Positions 1 through 13,794 of a DNA stretch of 64,000 bases are shown in pieces. Each line of letters starts with the position of its first letter. Position 1 is the first letter of the stretch. A program made the position numbers and the translations under genes. Origin of the DNA: Octopus vulgaris (taxonomy: Eukaryota); contig OX597820.1 in NCBI GenBank assembly GCA_951406725.2, positions 64,976,001 to 65,040,000 of the forward strand, read 5' to 3'. The notes under the pieces were generated by a model. That model made no database searches and was not told the origin of the DNA. It worked only from the letters and a program-made list of their open reading frames with translations.

Positions 1-165
1 GTTATCATCTGCTGGTATTGACACATCAATTAGAAATCATTTTTTACTTCATGATCTCTGACAACTATATCTGGCCTATTGGCCTTAATTTCTCTATCTG
101 TGTGTATTGGCATAACCCAGAGTATGGTTGCTTTCTCGTTTTCTGTGACCTTTTCTGGCGTATGC

Positions 166-218
<53 letters not shown>

Positions 219-248
219 AATTATTATTATTACTATTATTATTATTAC

Positions 249-282
<34 letters not shown>
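166..282. repeat. compound microsatellite (TATC)n + (ATT)n
   Basis: Directly visible. Representative of dozens of (TA), (CA), (TATC/GATA), (TATG), (GA) and (ATT) tracts across the window. Confidence 0.98.
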
Positions 283-283
<1 letters not shown>

Positions 284-877
284 GTCGAGTTGGCAAAATC
301 ATTTGCCCGGCGAGCAAAATATTTAGTGGTATTTCGTCCGTCTTTATATTCTGAGTTCAAATTCTGCCGAGGTCACCTTTGCCTTTCGGCCTTTTGGGTT
401 CAACAAAAAAGTTAAGCACTAGGGTCAATGTTTTTGCCTTATCACCTTTCCCGAAACGACTAGCTTTGTGTCAAAATGTGAAACCTTTATAATTATTACG
501 CCGGAAATACTTCGCTGCATTTTGTCCGTGTTCGTATTCTGTGTTCAAAATTCCACCCAGATTGGCTTTGTCTCTCATTGTTTCGATAAAATGAGAACCC
601 CAAGGCGACGCGCTATCAGTAATGTTAGCACACCGAGCGAAATGTTTAGCGGTATTTCGTCTGCCTTTACGTTCTCAGTTCAAATTCCGCAGAGGTCGAC
701 TTTGCCATTCATCCTTTCGAGGTAGATAAATTAAGTACCAGCTGCGTACTGGGGTCAATCAAATCGACTGGCCTCCTCCCAAAAAGTTTCGGCATTGTGC
801 CTAGAATAGAAAAATATAAAACTAGAACCCAGTAACCACTAGGTTCGATGTAATAGACCTCGTCCCTTCCTCAAAAG
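283..877 (+). mobile_element. cluster of degenerate SINE family A copies
   Basis: Repeated motif ggtatttcgtc...gttctgagttcaaattccgccgaggtcgactttgcctttcatcc. It has a B-box-like GTTCAAATTCC, and the central part resembles the Meta-SINE domain from memory. Confidence 0.8.
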
Positions 878-2740
878 TTTTAGGTATTGGACCTTTAAAA
901 GAGAGGATTTTCTTATCACCTCTGCCTTCGCTAAGGCGGAGGTATTGTTTTGAGAACGGTTTTGAGAACGGTCAGATTCATTTTTAGTATTCTCGTTTTT
1001 GAGAGCAGTCCGGTTTATTTTAGATGTTCCCATTTTAAATATCATCTCTGGCTAATCGTTGAGATCGCATTGGTATTGTCGTTAGTGCTTTGGTTGGGTT
1101 AGTAAGTTGGAGGTGTTTACACTCCATGTAGGTATTGTTGTTCTTTGACTGTTGTTTGTTGAATTGTTGGACTGTTGTTGCCTGAGATTGTTGAACTTGT
1201 CGTTGCCGTATTTTGGTTTTCTTCTCCATTCGTGAGTGGAGTTGTGAACGGTATAGAGGGTGCACCGGTGTAGGCGGGCAGTTATACTGCGATGGCTGGC
1301 GGAGGCCTGTCAGCGTAGGTGCTGCAGGCTGGAGGACTTGAACTGCAGGCGAGGAACTTTAAGAAGTGTAATGGTTTGTTGAGAGGAGAGGGAGGTGACC
1401 TGGGGTTGACGCCTCCCAGAGAGGTGTAGGAGGGTACGGAGAGGGAATCTGTTGTGTACGGAGCATTGGGTGTGCAGCGAAGAGGGTGGAGGTTAAGAAC
1501 GTAGCGACATACTGCACCAGAGGAGGGCAGTGCGGCACAGTGGAGGTGCACTTCGTGAGTGAGATGGGAGCGAGAGAGAGCTCCACTGTACATTTGAGAT
1601 CAGCTTAGTGGGCACTGCTACCGACTTGCTGTGGAAAATGTGCGGCCGGAGTGGGAATGGGTGGAGTTCCCCCAGAAATTGATAAGGCGTGGCTTGTGAC
1701 AGCCATCCTCTTCAACACAGAGGAGGACAGTGGGATGTTGAAAATATCAAGAACTTTGGAGGTGAACTGCTGGGGTATTGACTAGAGATGTTGATCCATA
1801 TAAGCTTGCCAGACCTCCACAAGATTGCGGAAGAACTGATGCTGCCAGAGGAAACAAGTTTGAGAATAGTGGTGGAAGGAAGACCACTTGTATGTTTTTT
1901 ATGTGGAGTGGGTGGACACATGAAAGCTGAGTGTTTCCAGAAACACGAAGAGGAGGACACAGGGAAGGAATATCAGGAAGAAGAGGAGGAGAGAATGGAG
2001 GAGCAATATACAGTGGTAGAAAGAAAAAGCGTAATGTCTCGCCTCCAAAAGGTCCGAGGAGGAAAGGAGGGGCAAGTGGAGAGGAGAAGCAGAGTGAAAA
2101 GCAAGAGAACACGGATGAAAGGAGGAAAACGAAAAGACATCAACTGGCAAAGAGGAAGGAGTACAGAAGAAAAAGGAAAATGAAGGAGAGATGATAGCAA
2201 CACGGAGTGAGAGACAGACAGACACAGAAATGCCAGTGGCAGATGGGGGATTGGTGAGGAGAGAAAGAAAAACATAAGAACAATGATGCAATACCCTAGA
2301 GATGGAGAGGAGAATTGCCAAGGTGAAGAGTGTTATCAGAGTGAAATTGGCGTCCAAAGAGTATAACGAATGTTTTTAAAATGTTTTGTTGGAAAAAGAA
2401 AGAGGAAAGAAATTGAAGGAGTTGTTTGGTGAAAGAATAGACATGACAGGAATACAAAATGGTTACGAAGAATTGCCGCCAGTGGTGACCTTCGAAGAAT
2501 TAATAGAGTTTATGCTATAAAACAACAGATACAAGACCGACATGAACTGTTCATTAAAAAACAGTAAAATGGAACTACCTGCCTCTGGGGTAGGTAAACC
2601 ATTCCTTTCTCATTTTCATTATATCCATAATTTATCCAATATGTGTTTTTATGTACCCGATATGTGTTTTTATGTATTGTTTTGCCTGTTTTTGTTTTGT
2701 CTCTTCTCTACTGGGGCCTTGTGCCCAATTTAAGAAATAA
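878..2740 (+). mobile_element. Tx1/L1-like non-LTR element carrying only a decayed ORF1
   Basis: Purine-rich block with a broken ORF1 ending in IVVEGRPLVCFLCGVGGHMKAEC (CX2CX4HX4C knuckle), then an E/K/R-rich tail and a T-rich 3' end. No RT or endonuclease seen. Confidence 0.7.
1292..2183 (+). pseudogene. gag-like ORF1 (putative RRM region + CCHC zinc knuckle) with stops and frameshifts
   Basis: ORF 1788-2183 contains the knuckle. Upstream frames give VEVHFVSE...GVPPEIDKAWLVTAIL, interrupted by stops. Confidence 0.65.
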
Positions 2741-3016
2741 GGACGTTGGTGTTACCTTGGCGCATGTTTGCGCTATCTGAGTGCTCTTGTTTTATTATTA
2801 GTATTATTAAACACTGGGTATCAAGATATTAGTATGAAAATCACCAGCTTCAATCTGTAAACTTTGTTAATTGTGTGCAATATACCTCACTATTTAATAT
2901 AGGAGTACCGATTTTATAATTTTGTTTTCAAATTTTTAAAAAACATTTTTAATCTATATCGGAAATTTCATTTATACACACACACACATACATACATACA
3001 CACACACACATACACA

Positions 3017-3071
<55 letters not shown>

Positions 3072-3178
3072 CGTGTGTGTGTGTGCTTGTATCTATATGT
3101 AGTAAAAAATATCTATTCTTTACAAGTAACTATATATTTGTCTATCTATCTATCTATCTATCTATATATCTATCTATA

Positions 3179-3211
<33 letters not shown>

Positions 3212-3234
3212 GTCTCTGTCTCTCTCTCTCTCTC

Positions 3235-3271
<37 letters not shown>

Positions 3272-4145
3272 ACATACATACATACAGACATACATACATA
3301 CATATACATATTCATACATACATACATACATACATGCATACATACATGTACGCTACAACCAAATAAACTAATATAGACTTTATTTTCCATTTACCTATAT
3401 ATATGTAATATAGCAGACCTAATTATTTTCACGATTTGTATAAAAACTCCAGCGCTTGAAAAGTACACCTTTCTCTTAGACGTATATTACTTTAATATAT
3501 GAAGACAACCAAAAACAAAACAAAAAAACATCTTATTCATACTTCAAAAGCTAAATATTAAAAATTGTATCCACGCATCGAAAATCTTCTTTACCAGACT
3601 TTCATTATGATAGAAAAAAAAATTAAATAAATTTAAATAAAATCATAGAAAAGTATAATAAATTTGTTTATTTAACTAACAGCTACCTTTTACTTTTTTG
3701 TTTGAAGTTTAAAATGTGTCTGACCTATGCGAATTCTTTTTTAAAAATATTTAATAACTTATACACCTTCAGATCTAATTGCCTTTATTTTATGTATACA
3801 TCTAATAAAAGTAAGTTATTATAGCAGCGTGAAGCTCTCTGGGATTTGTTTGACCATAAATGTGTATGTCTACCTATATTTGTTTTTGTTTTTGTTTTTT
3901 TTTCTTATTTTTTAATCACCTCAGGTCAGCCCTAAATTGATCGATGCGATGAATGAAGACTTTCCAGCTTTGATCATCCCCGCTAAATTTCAGGTTTAAA
4001 GTTACTCCTACGCTTCTTAAGAAAAGTCAGGTTTGATATTAAGGTGAATAGGCAAGTTATTTATAAAAGTACGAACTATGGTGTTGTGGCTCCCTCGCTG
4101 GTTGGTCTCTACCTTTAGCTTTATCTGTCTAATATTTGCTTATCA

Positions 4146-4888
4146 AAGGCGGAGAGCTGGCAGAATCATTAGCACGCCGGCCGAAGTGCTTAGCGATATT
4201 TCATCTGCCGCTACGTTCTGAGTTCAAATTCCGCCGAGGTCGACTTTGCCTTTCATCCTTTCGGGGTCGATAAACAAAGCACCAGTTACGCACTGGGGTC
4301 GATATAATCGACTTAATCCGTTTGTCTGCCCTTGTTTGTCCTATCTGTGTTCAGCCCCTTGTGGGTAGTAAAGAAATAGGTATTTCGTCTGTCTTTACGT
4401 TCTGAGTTCAAATTCCACCGAGGTCGACTTTACCTTTCATCATTTCGGGGTTGATAAATTAAGTACCAGTTACGCACTGGGGTCGTTGTAATTGACTTCA
4501 TCCCTTTCTCTATAGTTGTTTGCTCCATCTATGTTTAGCCCTTTGTGGTCAAAATAGAAATAGGTATTACGTCTGTCTTTACGTTCTGAGTTCAAATTCC
4601 GCCGAGGTCGACTTTGCCTTTCATCCTTTCGGGGTCGATTAGATAAGTATCAATTACGCACTGGCGTCAATATAGTCGACTAAATCCGTTTGTCTGACCT
4701 TGTTTGTCCTCTCTGTGTTTAAACCCTTGTGGGTAGTAAAGAAATAGGAATTTCGTCTGCCGTTACGTTCTGAGTTCAAATTACGCCAAGGTCGACTTTG
4801 CCCTTCATCCTTAATACCAGTTGCATACTGTGGTCGATCTAATCAACTGGCGCCAAAAGTTTCGTGCTTTATGCCTAGAGTAGAAAAG
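4146..4888 (+). mobile_element. SINE family A tetramer (head + ~184-bp internal tandem units) with target-site duplication
   Basis: Units restart at about 4379, 4563 and 4748. AATATTTGCTTATCAAAGGCG occurs at 4131-4151 and 4889-4909. Confidence 0.88.
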
Positions 4889-4903
4889 AATATTTGCTTA
4901 TCA

Positions 4904-5105
4904 AAGGCGCCGAGCAGAATTGTTATCGAGCCGGACAAAATGTTTAGTGGAATTTTCTTCGTCTTTACATTCTGAGTTCAAATTCTACCGAGGTCAATTT
5001 GCCTTTCATCCTTTCGTGGTCCATAAAATAAGTATGAATACTGGGATTCATATAATTCACAATCTCCCACCCCTGAAATTATCATCTTGTACCAAAATTT
5101 GAAAC
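4904..5105 (+). mobile_element. older SINE family A monomer
   Basis: Diverged copy of the family A head, core and tail. Confidence 0.8.
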
Positions 5106-5273
5106 TATGGTTTGCTAATCAAAGTGGAACAGAGTTTATGCGTATTTCTCTACGTATATATGTATTACGTATGCATGTATGTATGTCATTATTTTGTTTT
5201 ATTTCAAGCTTTCTTGCCAATAGAGAAAAAGTCGGTTTCTAATCTAGCTGGAAGGCTCATCTGTGTACGAAGT

Positions 5274-5690
5274 AGGCACAGGAGTGGCTGTGTGGTAAGT
5301 AGCTTGCTTACCAGCCACATGGTTCCGAGTTCATTCCCTCTGCGTGGCACTTTGGGCAAGTGTCTTCTACTGTTGCCACGGGTCGACCAAAGCCTTGTGA
5401 GCGGATTTGGTAGACGGAAACTGAAAGAAGCCTGTCGTATATATGTATATATATATGTATGTGTGTGTATATGTTTGTTTATCTGTGTTTGTCCACCCAA
5501 ACATCGCTTGACAACCGATGGTAGTGTGTTTACGTCCCCGTAACCTAGCGGTTCGGCAAAAGAGACTGATAGAATAAGTACTAGGCTTACAAAGAATAAG
5601 GTCTTGGGTCGATTTGCTCGACTAATGGCGGTGCTCCAGCATGGCCGCAGTCAAATAACTGAGAGGAGTAAAAGAGAGTAAAAGAAGACA
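5274..5690 (+). mobile_element. SINE family B, full length
   Basis: tRNA-like head GGAGTGGCTGTGTGGTAAG...GGTTCCGAGTTCATTCCC, CORE-like ttgggcaagtgtcttc, internal (TA/TG) microsatellite, tail ending gagtaaaaga. Confidence 0.88.
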
Positions 5691-6044
5691 TTTTTGTATG
5701 TATATCTGTATGTATACGTGCAGATTCGTATTTTTTATATGTATGTTTGTATGCATGTATCTATATATGTATGTATATATGTATGTATGCATGTATGTAT
5801 GTACACACGACTATTTGGTAAATAAGCATGAATATTTGAATTAGTTAAGCACATTTCCATTTGGCCACAGATGCATCTAATTTGAAGCCGGTTGCATATT
5901 TTCTATGTATTCAGAAATACAAGTGAAGATCGGATATCAAAATGGACAACTAATGTAAAAACTAATGTACATGCTACAATGCTTTCATCTCTAAAGAAGG
6001 CGAAAAATTAAAGATCGAAAAATTAAGCTCAAAATAATAATTGT

Positions 6045-6420
6045 TTCTAATTTGAGCACAAGATCAGCAATTATTGAGGAGAGGCGGCCAGTCGAAACTA
6101 TCAACCGTAGTACCTCTACGGGTACTTTACCTGCCTCAGAGAGTTGAAAGGCAGACTTAGATCTGGTATTTGAACGTAGAACTTAAAATCTATAATAATA
6201 ATAATAATAATAATAAATTCTTTCTGCACTACACACAAGGCCAGAAATTTTGGTCAAAGGAAGATAGTCAGTTAAATTGAAGCTACACCTCAAATGGTAC
6301 TTGTTTTAACGACTCCGGAAGGATGAAAGGTAACGGCGATTTGGGTGGAATTTGAACTCAGAAAGAAAAGACGTACAAAATGCCACTTCAGCATTTTGTC
6401 CGGCGTACCGTTTCCTCATA
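6045..6420 (-). mobile_element. two degenerate SINE family A copies
   Basis: Reverse-complement core aaggatgaaagg...ggaatttgaactcagaa. Confidence 0.65.
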
Positions 6421-6513
6421 GCCTTCCTAATTATAATACTGATAACTCTTAACCATTCATCTTTTAATATCCACACAATTCGTAGGTGCGGAGAATTCTT
6501 TCATTATTATCAT

Positions 6514-6572
<59 letters not shown>

Positions 6573-8645
6573 GTTATTATTATTATTGTTGTTGTTGTTG
6601 TTGTAATGTTAAACTGTCTATGCACATATCAAATTTTGTCCTACTGTGTTTGTGTGTTTACAAATATGTTAGTGCGATTGCTGTTTGATTGCATCAGATC
6701 TATTTTCTTTCTTTTTTTTTCACATATACTGAGATGAGTTTTATTATTTCAAATGTATGGAGTGTCGATATGTTTGTATTTCAATTCTTGTGTGTGATTA
6801 CCTTAGTATATATGTTTTTTTTTTATATTTCTCTATTTATTGTTTCATTTCAATTAACTTAGGAGTTCAGTTATTTTAATTTGCAAATTATTAAATTGTC
6901 AATGATAATAAAATTTTCATAAATGCTACCATTGTGTTAGCAGCATATTTCATGTGTTCTTTTTCTGGTGAATTTGTTTTTGCATTTATAAAGTCAAAAC
7001 ATATTTTAGAATATTATGAAATGTATAAGCGCATTGATGAGTGTGTGTTGGGGAAGTTCGCTTCACAACTACATAGTTTTTAAGTTCAATCTTAGTGCAC
7101 GGCACTTACGCCTTGTGGCAGACTTTATTTGACAGAAAAAGTACGTAATGTACTTTCATATGTGCGCGTCCGTGCGTGTCTATGGAACGCATCCAAGGTA
7201 ATATTAAATCAAAATAGTCATGTTTGTATCATACTTAATGCATATACACCATTAATATACTAGGTACTGTGGTATTCGTTCCTCTTATACAGGTGCTGTG
7301 ATGAAAACGCAACGAATATCGCTTGAAGACTAGAAATAGCCCCTAACAGCAACCAGTAAGAATGCTAAACGCATTTCGTCCTTTTGGTGTTCTTTTCACT
7401 AACTTATGATTGCTGCAAGCGGAGTATAAACTGTGTATATACATGTATTATAGTATATAGATAGCTACTTTATCTTACAATTGCCTCCATTGTGTATAAC
7501 TGATTTTTATTCAATTGGGCAATTATTCGCAATGTCAGTGAATATTTCATTCACTGCTTCTAACAACGGAGGCGAGGAATTCTCGTTTGGGCATGTGCCT
7601 GACTGCAAATAACCGTCATTGAAAAGACCCCAAAAGGATGAAATGTATTAACACAGTATATACAGAAATACGATACATAGCAAATTAAATAGCTACTTCG
7701 TGTTTATAAAAATGGCGTGGTGAGCGTTAAGTTTAATTCATCCATACCTTAAGGTGTATATATATGTATGTATGCATGCATGCATGCATGTATATATATG
7801 TGTGTGCGTATGTGTGTGTGTGTGTATGTGTGTGTAATTATAATTAAAGGGTATAAAAATTTCTAGCCTATATGCTGAAAATAGACGCTAAATCGTCTCA
7901 TCTCTTTAGAAACCACAACGTTACACACGTATCGAAATCAAGAGACAAGCTAACGGCAATTAATAAGAATATGGATAGCACTGGATTAGCTAATTTCTGG
8001 ATTTACCCAATGGCATTTCCTTATCAGTGCTGGCTCTGTGAACATTTCGACATCTAACGCGTGACACACTTGTGCACCTGTACAATCAATGTTAATTTCA
8101 TGGAGGTAGTGAGATAATATACAGCACCTACATTCGGTTAACGATAGACAAATTATTCGGGTATGTCGTTCAGCAAAAATATGAACAATTATACATCGAC
8201 TTCGACAGGGGAGTACGTTATATAAATGTGCGTGTGTGTGTGTGTGTGCGTGCGTGCGTGCGCGCTCATGTGTGTGTCCACGTTTCTCTGCTTGTATGCC
8301 ATTGCTTCAAACTGATATAACGAATTTATATCCCATAACTTAGATGCGATTCATCAAAAAATTCAACAAGCTAATGAGTACGGAATTTTAAATAATATGT
8401 AACGGTGTCGATTTGATCGAAAAAAATTCTTTCAAAGCAATGCCCTAGCTTGGCCGCAGTCTTTTAACTGGTACAAGTAAAATAATAATTTGAATAGTAT
8501 TTTGTTTTTCTTTCAGTCATACAAATTAACGTATGTAAAGCTGCATAGTCTACAGTGTTATTTCAATTACACATTCTCCTTATCTGAAATTGATAACAAT
8601 TCTCATATAATATAATATATTGATAAATTTTTATGTTGTACTACG

Positions 8646-8700
<55 letters not shown>

Positions 8701-8717
8701 ATATATATGTATATATG

Positions 8718-8751
<34 letters not shown>

Positions 8752-8889
8752 TATAAATACTTTTTAATGACTAATAATTTACACTTTTTGCTTTTAAATT
8801 TATGTAATTCTACTAGATAGATTATTGCAAAAAATATTTGCATTCTACCATTATTAATTGCGATTGGGCGAATATATATATATATATTT

Positions 8890-9008
<119 letters not shown>

Positions 9009-10479
9009 TACAGAGTGAGTGAAGAGAAAGTGAGATACATAGCTAGACGAAGATATATTTAAATTAGCTTACGCCATAGAAATTTTAATTTTTTTTCATT
9101 CCGTATTGTTAATTTATTTATTTTTACTCACATGACCAAATTCGCTAAATGTACGTTACAATTTAGACCTCTTCGTATTCCGACTTTGCGCTGGAATATG
9201 AGTTAACTTTAAAATTAAAATATATGTTATGTTTTAAAATATTTAAAGCTTTTACTATAGAAAATTTACTGAAAGTAGACTTGAGGTATATATGTATTTT
9301 TTATTACTAATCCATTTTGCTACATTTAAATTTCTTTTTAAATTTATATCTTACAAAATTTATCATAAAAATAGAATTTCTACAATTTCATTCGTCGCTC
9401 ATTTACGTTTGTCTTGCAATATATTTTGCTTTTATTTTCCTCATTTTTTTCTTTCTTTCTTTCTTTTTTTGCGTAAAGAATGGTAAATTTTATTTCCACA
9501 ACATTTGTTGAAAATCTACATTTTTTGTTTAAATTATCAGATTTTTTTATAGCTATATTTACATTGTCAATAATCCAGTATCCACTTTAGAGACATATTT
9601 GCTTTTGGTGTAATACTTTCTATTTTATTTGTTTACTTATTGGTTTAATATACTTGTTATCATAATAGCTAAGAGGTTTAAGCTAGTTTTTTTTAAAGAT
9701 ATTATGAATCTGGCTTTTATTGGATTTTTAAGTGGTTCACGAATCAAATATATGCATATATAAACACACACAAACACACATATGCATACATACATGCAAA
9801 CACACACACATACATACACACATATATATATACTTATATATAATATGCACACGCGCAAACTCACTATAATAAAGATAGCGTATTTAACGTTTATATTTGG
9901 AATATCGCGCTGTTCATTGTGATATTTCAGTTCATATTCTTGAATTAGGTTCCATGTATATTGTATGCAGGTATATATATGCATATATATATATATATGT
10001 ATGTATGTATATGCATGTAAATGCATCTATATATGCATATATGCATGCATATTCATATATATATATGTATATATATTTAAATATACGTATATATATATTT
10101 ATGTGTATATATTTGCATTATAGACTATATTATCGCATACGCTATAAATATGATGGACATGACAATGCGTTCTCAATGTGTTTATAAATTAGAGCACATC
10201 TGTTTTTGATGGGAACAGGAAAGAATAGAGTAGAGACATAAAGAGAGTGTTTGAGAGAGAGAGAAAGAGAGAGAGAGAGAGTGAGAGAGAGAGAGAAAGA
10301 TTGTAGGAGTGAACTGTGAAAATTAAAGAACGCGTATGATATAATGGAACGCAGAAAGAAACAGATCTTGAGATAATTGCCATATCTTGACAGCATTCTA
10401 AGTGTTATTGAAGCAGTAGTATTTTGCTCCTTATTCTCGATATAACAAATTATAACCTGATATAACTAAACGTATCTGA

Positions 10480-10880
10480 ACAACATGGACCTTGATGACA
10501 TCTATTAATTCTTCTCAATCATTGTCTGGAAATCACCGAGTAGTTTCTTTACCAAAGCTGATGGACGACGTTCCAACTAATATACTCATATGCCGTGACA
10601 TCTGGAATCTGTTCGTCTTACTGAAGGTTACTTCTAATGACAGTGAATCAGCTGTCGTAGACTTAGTTGGGGTGAGGCTAAAAATCAATATTTACCAGCC
10701 ATCTTTACTTTGAGGATCTTCAGACGACAATACACAGTCATTGCGAAAGTGATGAATTAATCGGTTTTATGACGCAATCGTCTGATTTATCAACCTATAT
10801 TTATAAAATTTTCTTGAATGGATACAGACTTTTAGGATCTGGCGTCATCTTGTGGCTTGGAAGTTAAGTACTACATTGGT
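10480..10880 (+). mobile_element. possible highly decayed BEL/Pao pol (RNase H) remnant
   Basis: Weak motif resemblance only: MDDVP, SNDSESAVVDL (cf. SDASE.AY.AVVYL) and IWRHLV. Confidence 0.25.
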
Positions 10881-11752
10881 ACGCCATCTGTATTATTGTA
10901 TTCATCTTCACATGATGAAATATTGTTTATTCAGTGTTTGATGATATTTGCATGTAGAAGTAAATCATATTGGTGCATGTATGTATGTATGTATGTATGT
11001 ATGTATGTATGTATGTATGTATGTATGTATGTGTATGTGTGTGTTCGTGTGTGTGTACACGCGCATGTTTCTGGTAAACATTCAAGAATGTCACCTGTGA
11101 CAGACCGGCCTCCCTTTCAGGTGGGAAGTCTGTAAGCTAATGAATCCTGGAATCTGCCCCCTTATGATCCAAGCATGGCTTCAGAAGGAACAAACAACAA
11201 CAAAAAACATACAAGAATGTACAAACAAGATGATAAATTTGACCATATATCTCCAGAATCCAAAGATGTTAAGACTCGTGTATATAGTCTGGCATAGTGA
11301 TATTCAAGATATGGGAAATTCTAAGAAGGCTATCATAAAATAAACCAAACATTTTGAAATGAACTAAACTAAAGAACTTAAACCGCCGAACTCTTAATTC
11401 ATCCTTTTTTCTCTTTATTTTGTCTATACATCATAAGTCCTGAATGCACGCAACCAATGACCGTCAATACAATTGATTCCAGGATCACCTGACCAGAATT
11501 AATCGATTGAGTATTACATAAGCAAACTCTAAAAACTACAACGACAGTCGCCTGAGGACTTGGAACGAGAATCTTTTAGCATTGACTAAAACAAACTCAG
11601 CTTTGAATAAATAATATTATTTCGCTTTAGATAATCGTATTAAGTATTTTTTTTCGCTTAATTGCAACTCACATAAGTGTAAATCTCTATTCCACTACAT
11701 ACAAACTACAAACATACGTACATATAGATAAGTATGTATGTACACGTATAAA

Positions 11753-11783
<31 letters not shown>

Positions 11784-11784
11784 C

Positions 11785-11830
<46 letters not shown>

Positions 11831-12436
11831 TAATAAATAGATAGATACACATACATAGATACGTAGATATTTGTTTCCAAAACGTTCTCAGATTAAATAC
11901 ATACATACTTACATATATATATATATATAGTTATATTTGTATACATATTTGTATGTGACATTTAATTATAATTATTAAATTTATTGTTCTCAGGTCTATA
12001 CGTTACGCTTTTGTGTTTTTTTTTAGTTACTCGTTTTTTCTATTATTCTGAATATTATTTTATCAATTCCATACATTCTTAATTATTTCATAACATATTC
12101 TATCGATTATATATCGTTTATATTATATTACATTATATTGTATTATACATTAAATATTTTATTACAGTAGGTATTATATATTTTATATTATACTCTTTAC
12201 ACACGCACAGCCACACATATACATATATGCATACACTATGTATATAAAAATAATCGGTGTTGATGTGTTTACGTGCCTGCAACTTAGCGGTTCGTCCTAC
12301 GAGACCGATAGAAAAGTATTAGACTTAAGAAATATGTCCTGTGATCGAATTGTTCAACTAAGATTGCTTCGAGGTGGTACTCTGACATGGCCGCAGTCTA
12401 ATGTCTGAAATACATAAAAGAAAAGAAGAAAATTAA

Positions 12437-12468
<32 letters not shown>

Positions 12469-12497
12469 TTATATGTACATTTATATATACTTATATA

Positions 12498-12568
<71 letters not shown>

Positions 12569-12572
<4 letters not shown>

Positions 12573-12771
12573 CTTATAAAATAAGGGCAAGAGAAAAATT
12601 CTAATGCCAAATATGCCGAAAAAAGTCAAAATTGTCAATGACCATTATAATTTAAGCGCCTCGAAATTATAATTCGAGACGCATAAATTATAATGGTTAT
12701 TGACAATTTTGTCTTTTTTTTCGGCATATTTGGCATTAGAATTTTTCTCTTGCCCTTATTTTATAAGTTAT
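12569..12771. repeat. long near-perfect palindrome (~100-bp arms, almost no loop)
   Basis: ATAACTTATAAAATAAGGGCAAGAGAAAAATTCTAATGCCAAATATGCCG... is mirrored by ...CGGCATATTTGGCATTAGAATTTTTCTCTTGCCCTTATTTTATAAGTTAT. Confidence 0.97.
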
Positions 12772-13204
12772 TTATAAATTTAACCTTTAATGGTATTTTT
12801 TGATATGCTGGCCATTGATAAACATTTTTTTTCGAAAAAACTTTTATCCTGCATTCGTTATATATATATACACGCGCGCGAGCATAAACATACACGCAAC
12901 ATATATGTGTGTAATTATAATGTTTGGACGGTTTGCTGTTCCTGCCGAGGAGGTCCAGTAACTATAAACTATTGGACGTACGGATATTACTCTCTTCTAC
13001 CTTCTTGTGTATCTTCGACATGATTCCTCTTTAGAATTTTGGTATTCTTCTATAACTACGGTACTTCTGCCATATCAATTTTTGTTGATCCGTGAAGTAT
13101 CCGTCGAAAGTGACACGTTCGACCGATTGGTTGTAATTAATAATTATTGAAATTCAAACGATGGAGGTTTAACAAAATTGGTTTAACAGCGGAAAAAAAC
13201 TTTG

Positions 13205-13293
13205 TGCTTTTAAATTAAGGTACCTTTTATGTGATAATTAAGGTGCCTTTTATGTGCTTTTTAATTAAGGTGCCTTTTTTAATTGAGGTACTT
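13205..13293. repeat. short degenerate minisatellite (AATTAAGGTGCCTTTT core, about 4 copies)
   Basis: Directly visible. Confidence 0.8.
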
Positions 13294-13794
13294 TACGATG
13301 TAAATTCAAATGGTGCAGGGGTTAACATTGTATTCCCTGCAAAGGAGATCGATAAGTTGTCAAGTGTTGGGATATATAAATTGGCTGTAATTTCTCTGCG
13401 CCCGAAATGTACAACCTTGAACCAAATTTTTAAAATCGATTGTTACCGAATTTTTTGGTCATTTTTTCTCTGATCCATATTCCTTTCCAAATTACTGGTT
13501 AAAATTACTATGATTTCTATTTCCATACGTCTCTTCTGTTTGGTCATGACATACAAATGTCATTTCTACAAACTTCCACTAGTTTCACAGTGTTATAAGT
13601 TCGAAGACTAGTGGATGCATTGACAAGAAATTAATATACAGACAAATGTATATAAACACATCCAAATACATCCATTCAATTTGCATTCATATCACGATAT
13701 CTTTCTTTGTAGTGTAAGGAAGAAAACCCGCTAAAGCATCATAGGAAATATTTGAGAAATAGCATTTATAAATAAACAGAAATATTTTAATTAC

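Noticed and set aside
4146-4888. Regular ~184-bp repeats as a CRISPR-like array
   Set aside because: Whole units are homologous, with no unique spacers; eukaryotic SINE multimer.
7262-7335. Hairpin GTGGTATTCGTT/AACGAATATCGC as a second pre-miRNA
   Set aside because: Only 12 contiguous pairs with large internal loops; too irregular to call.
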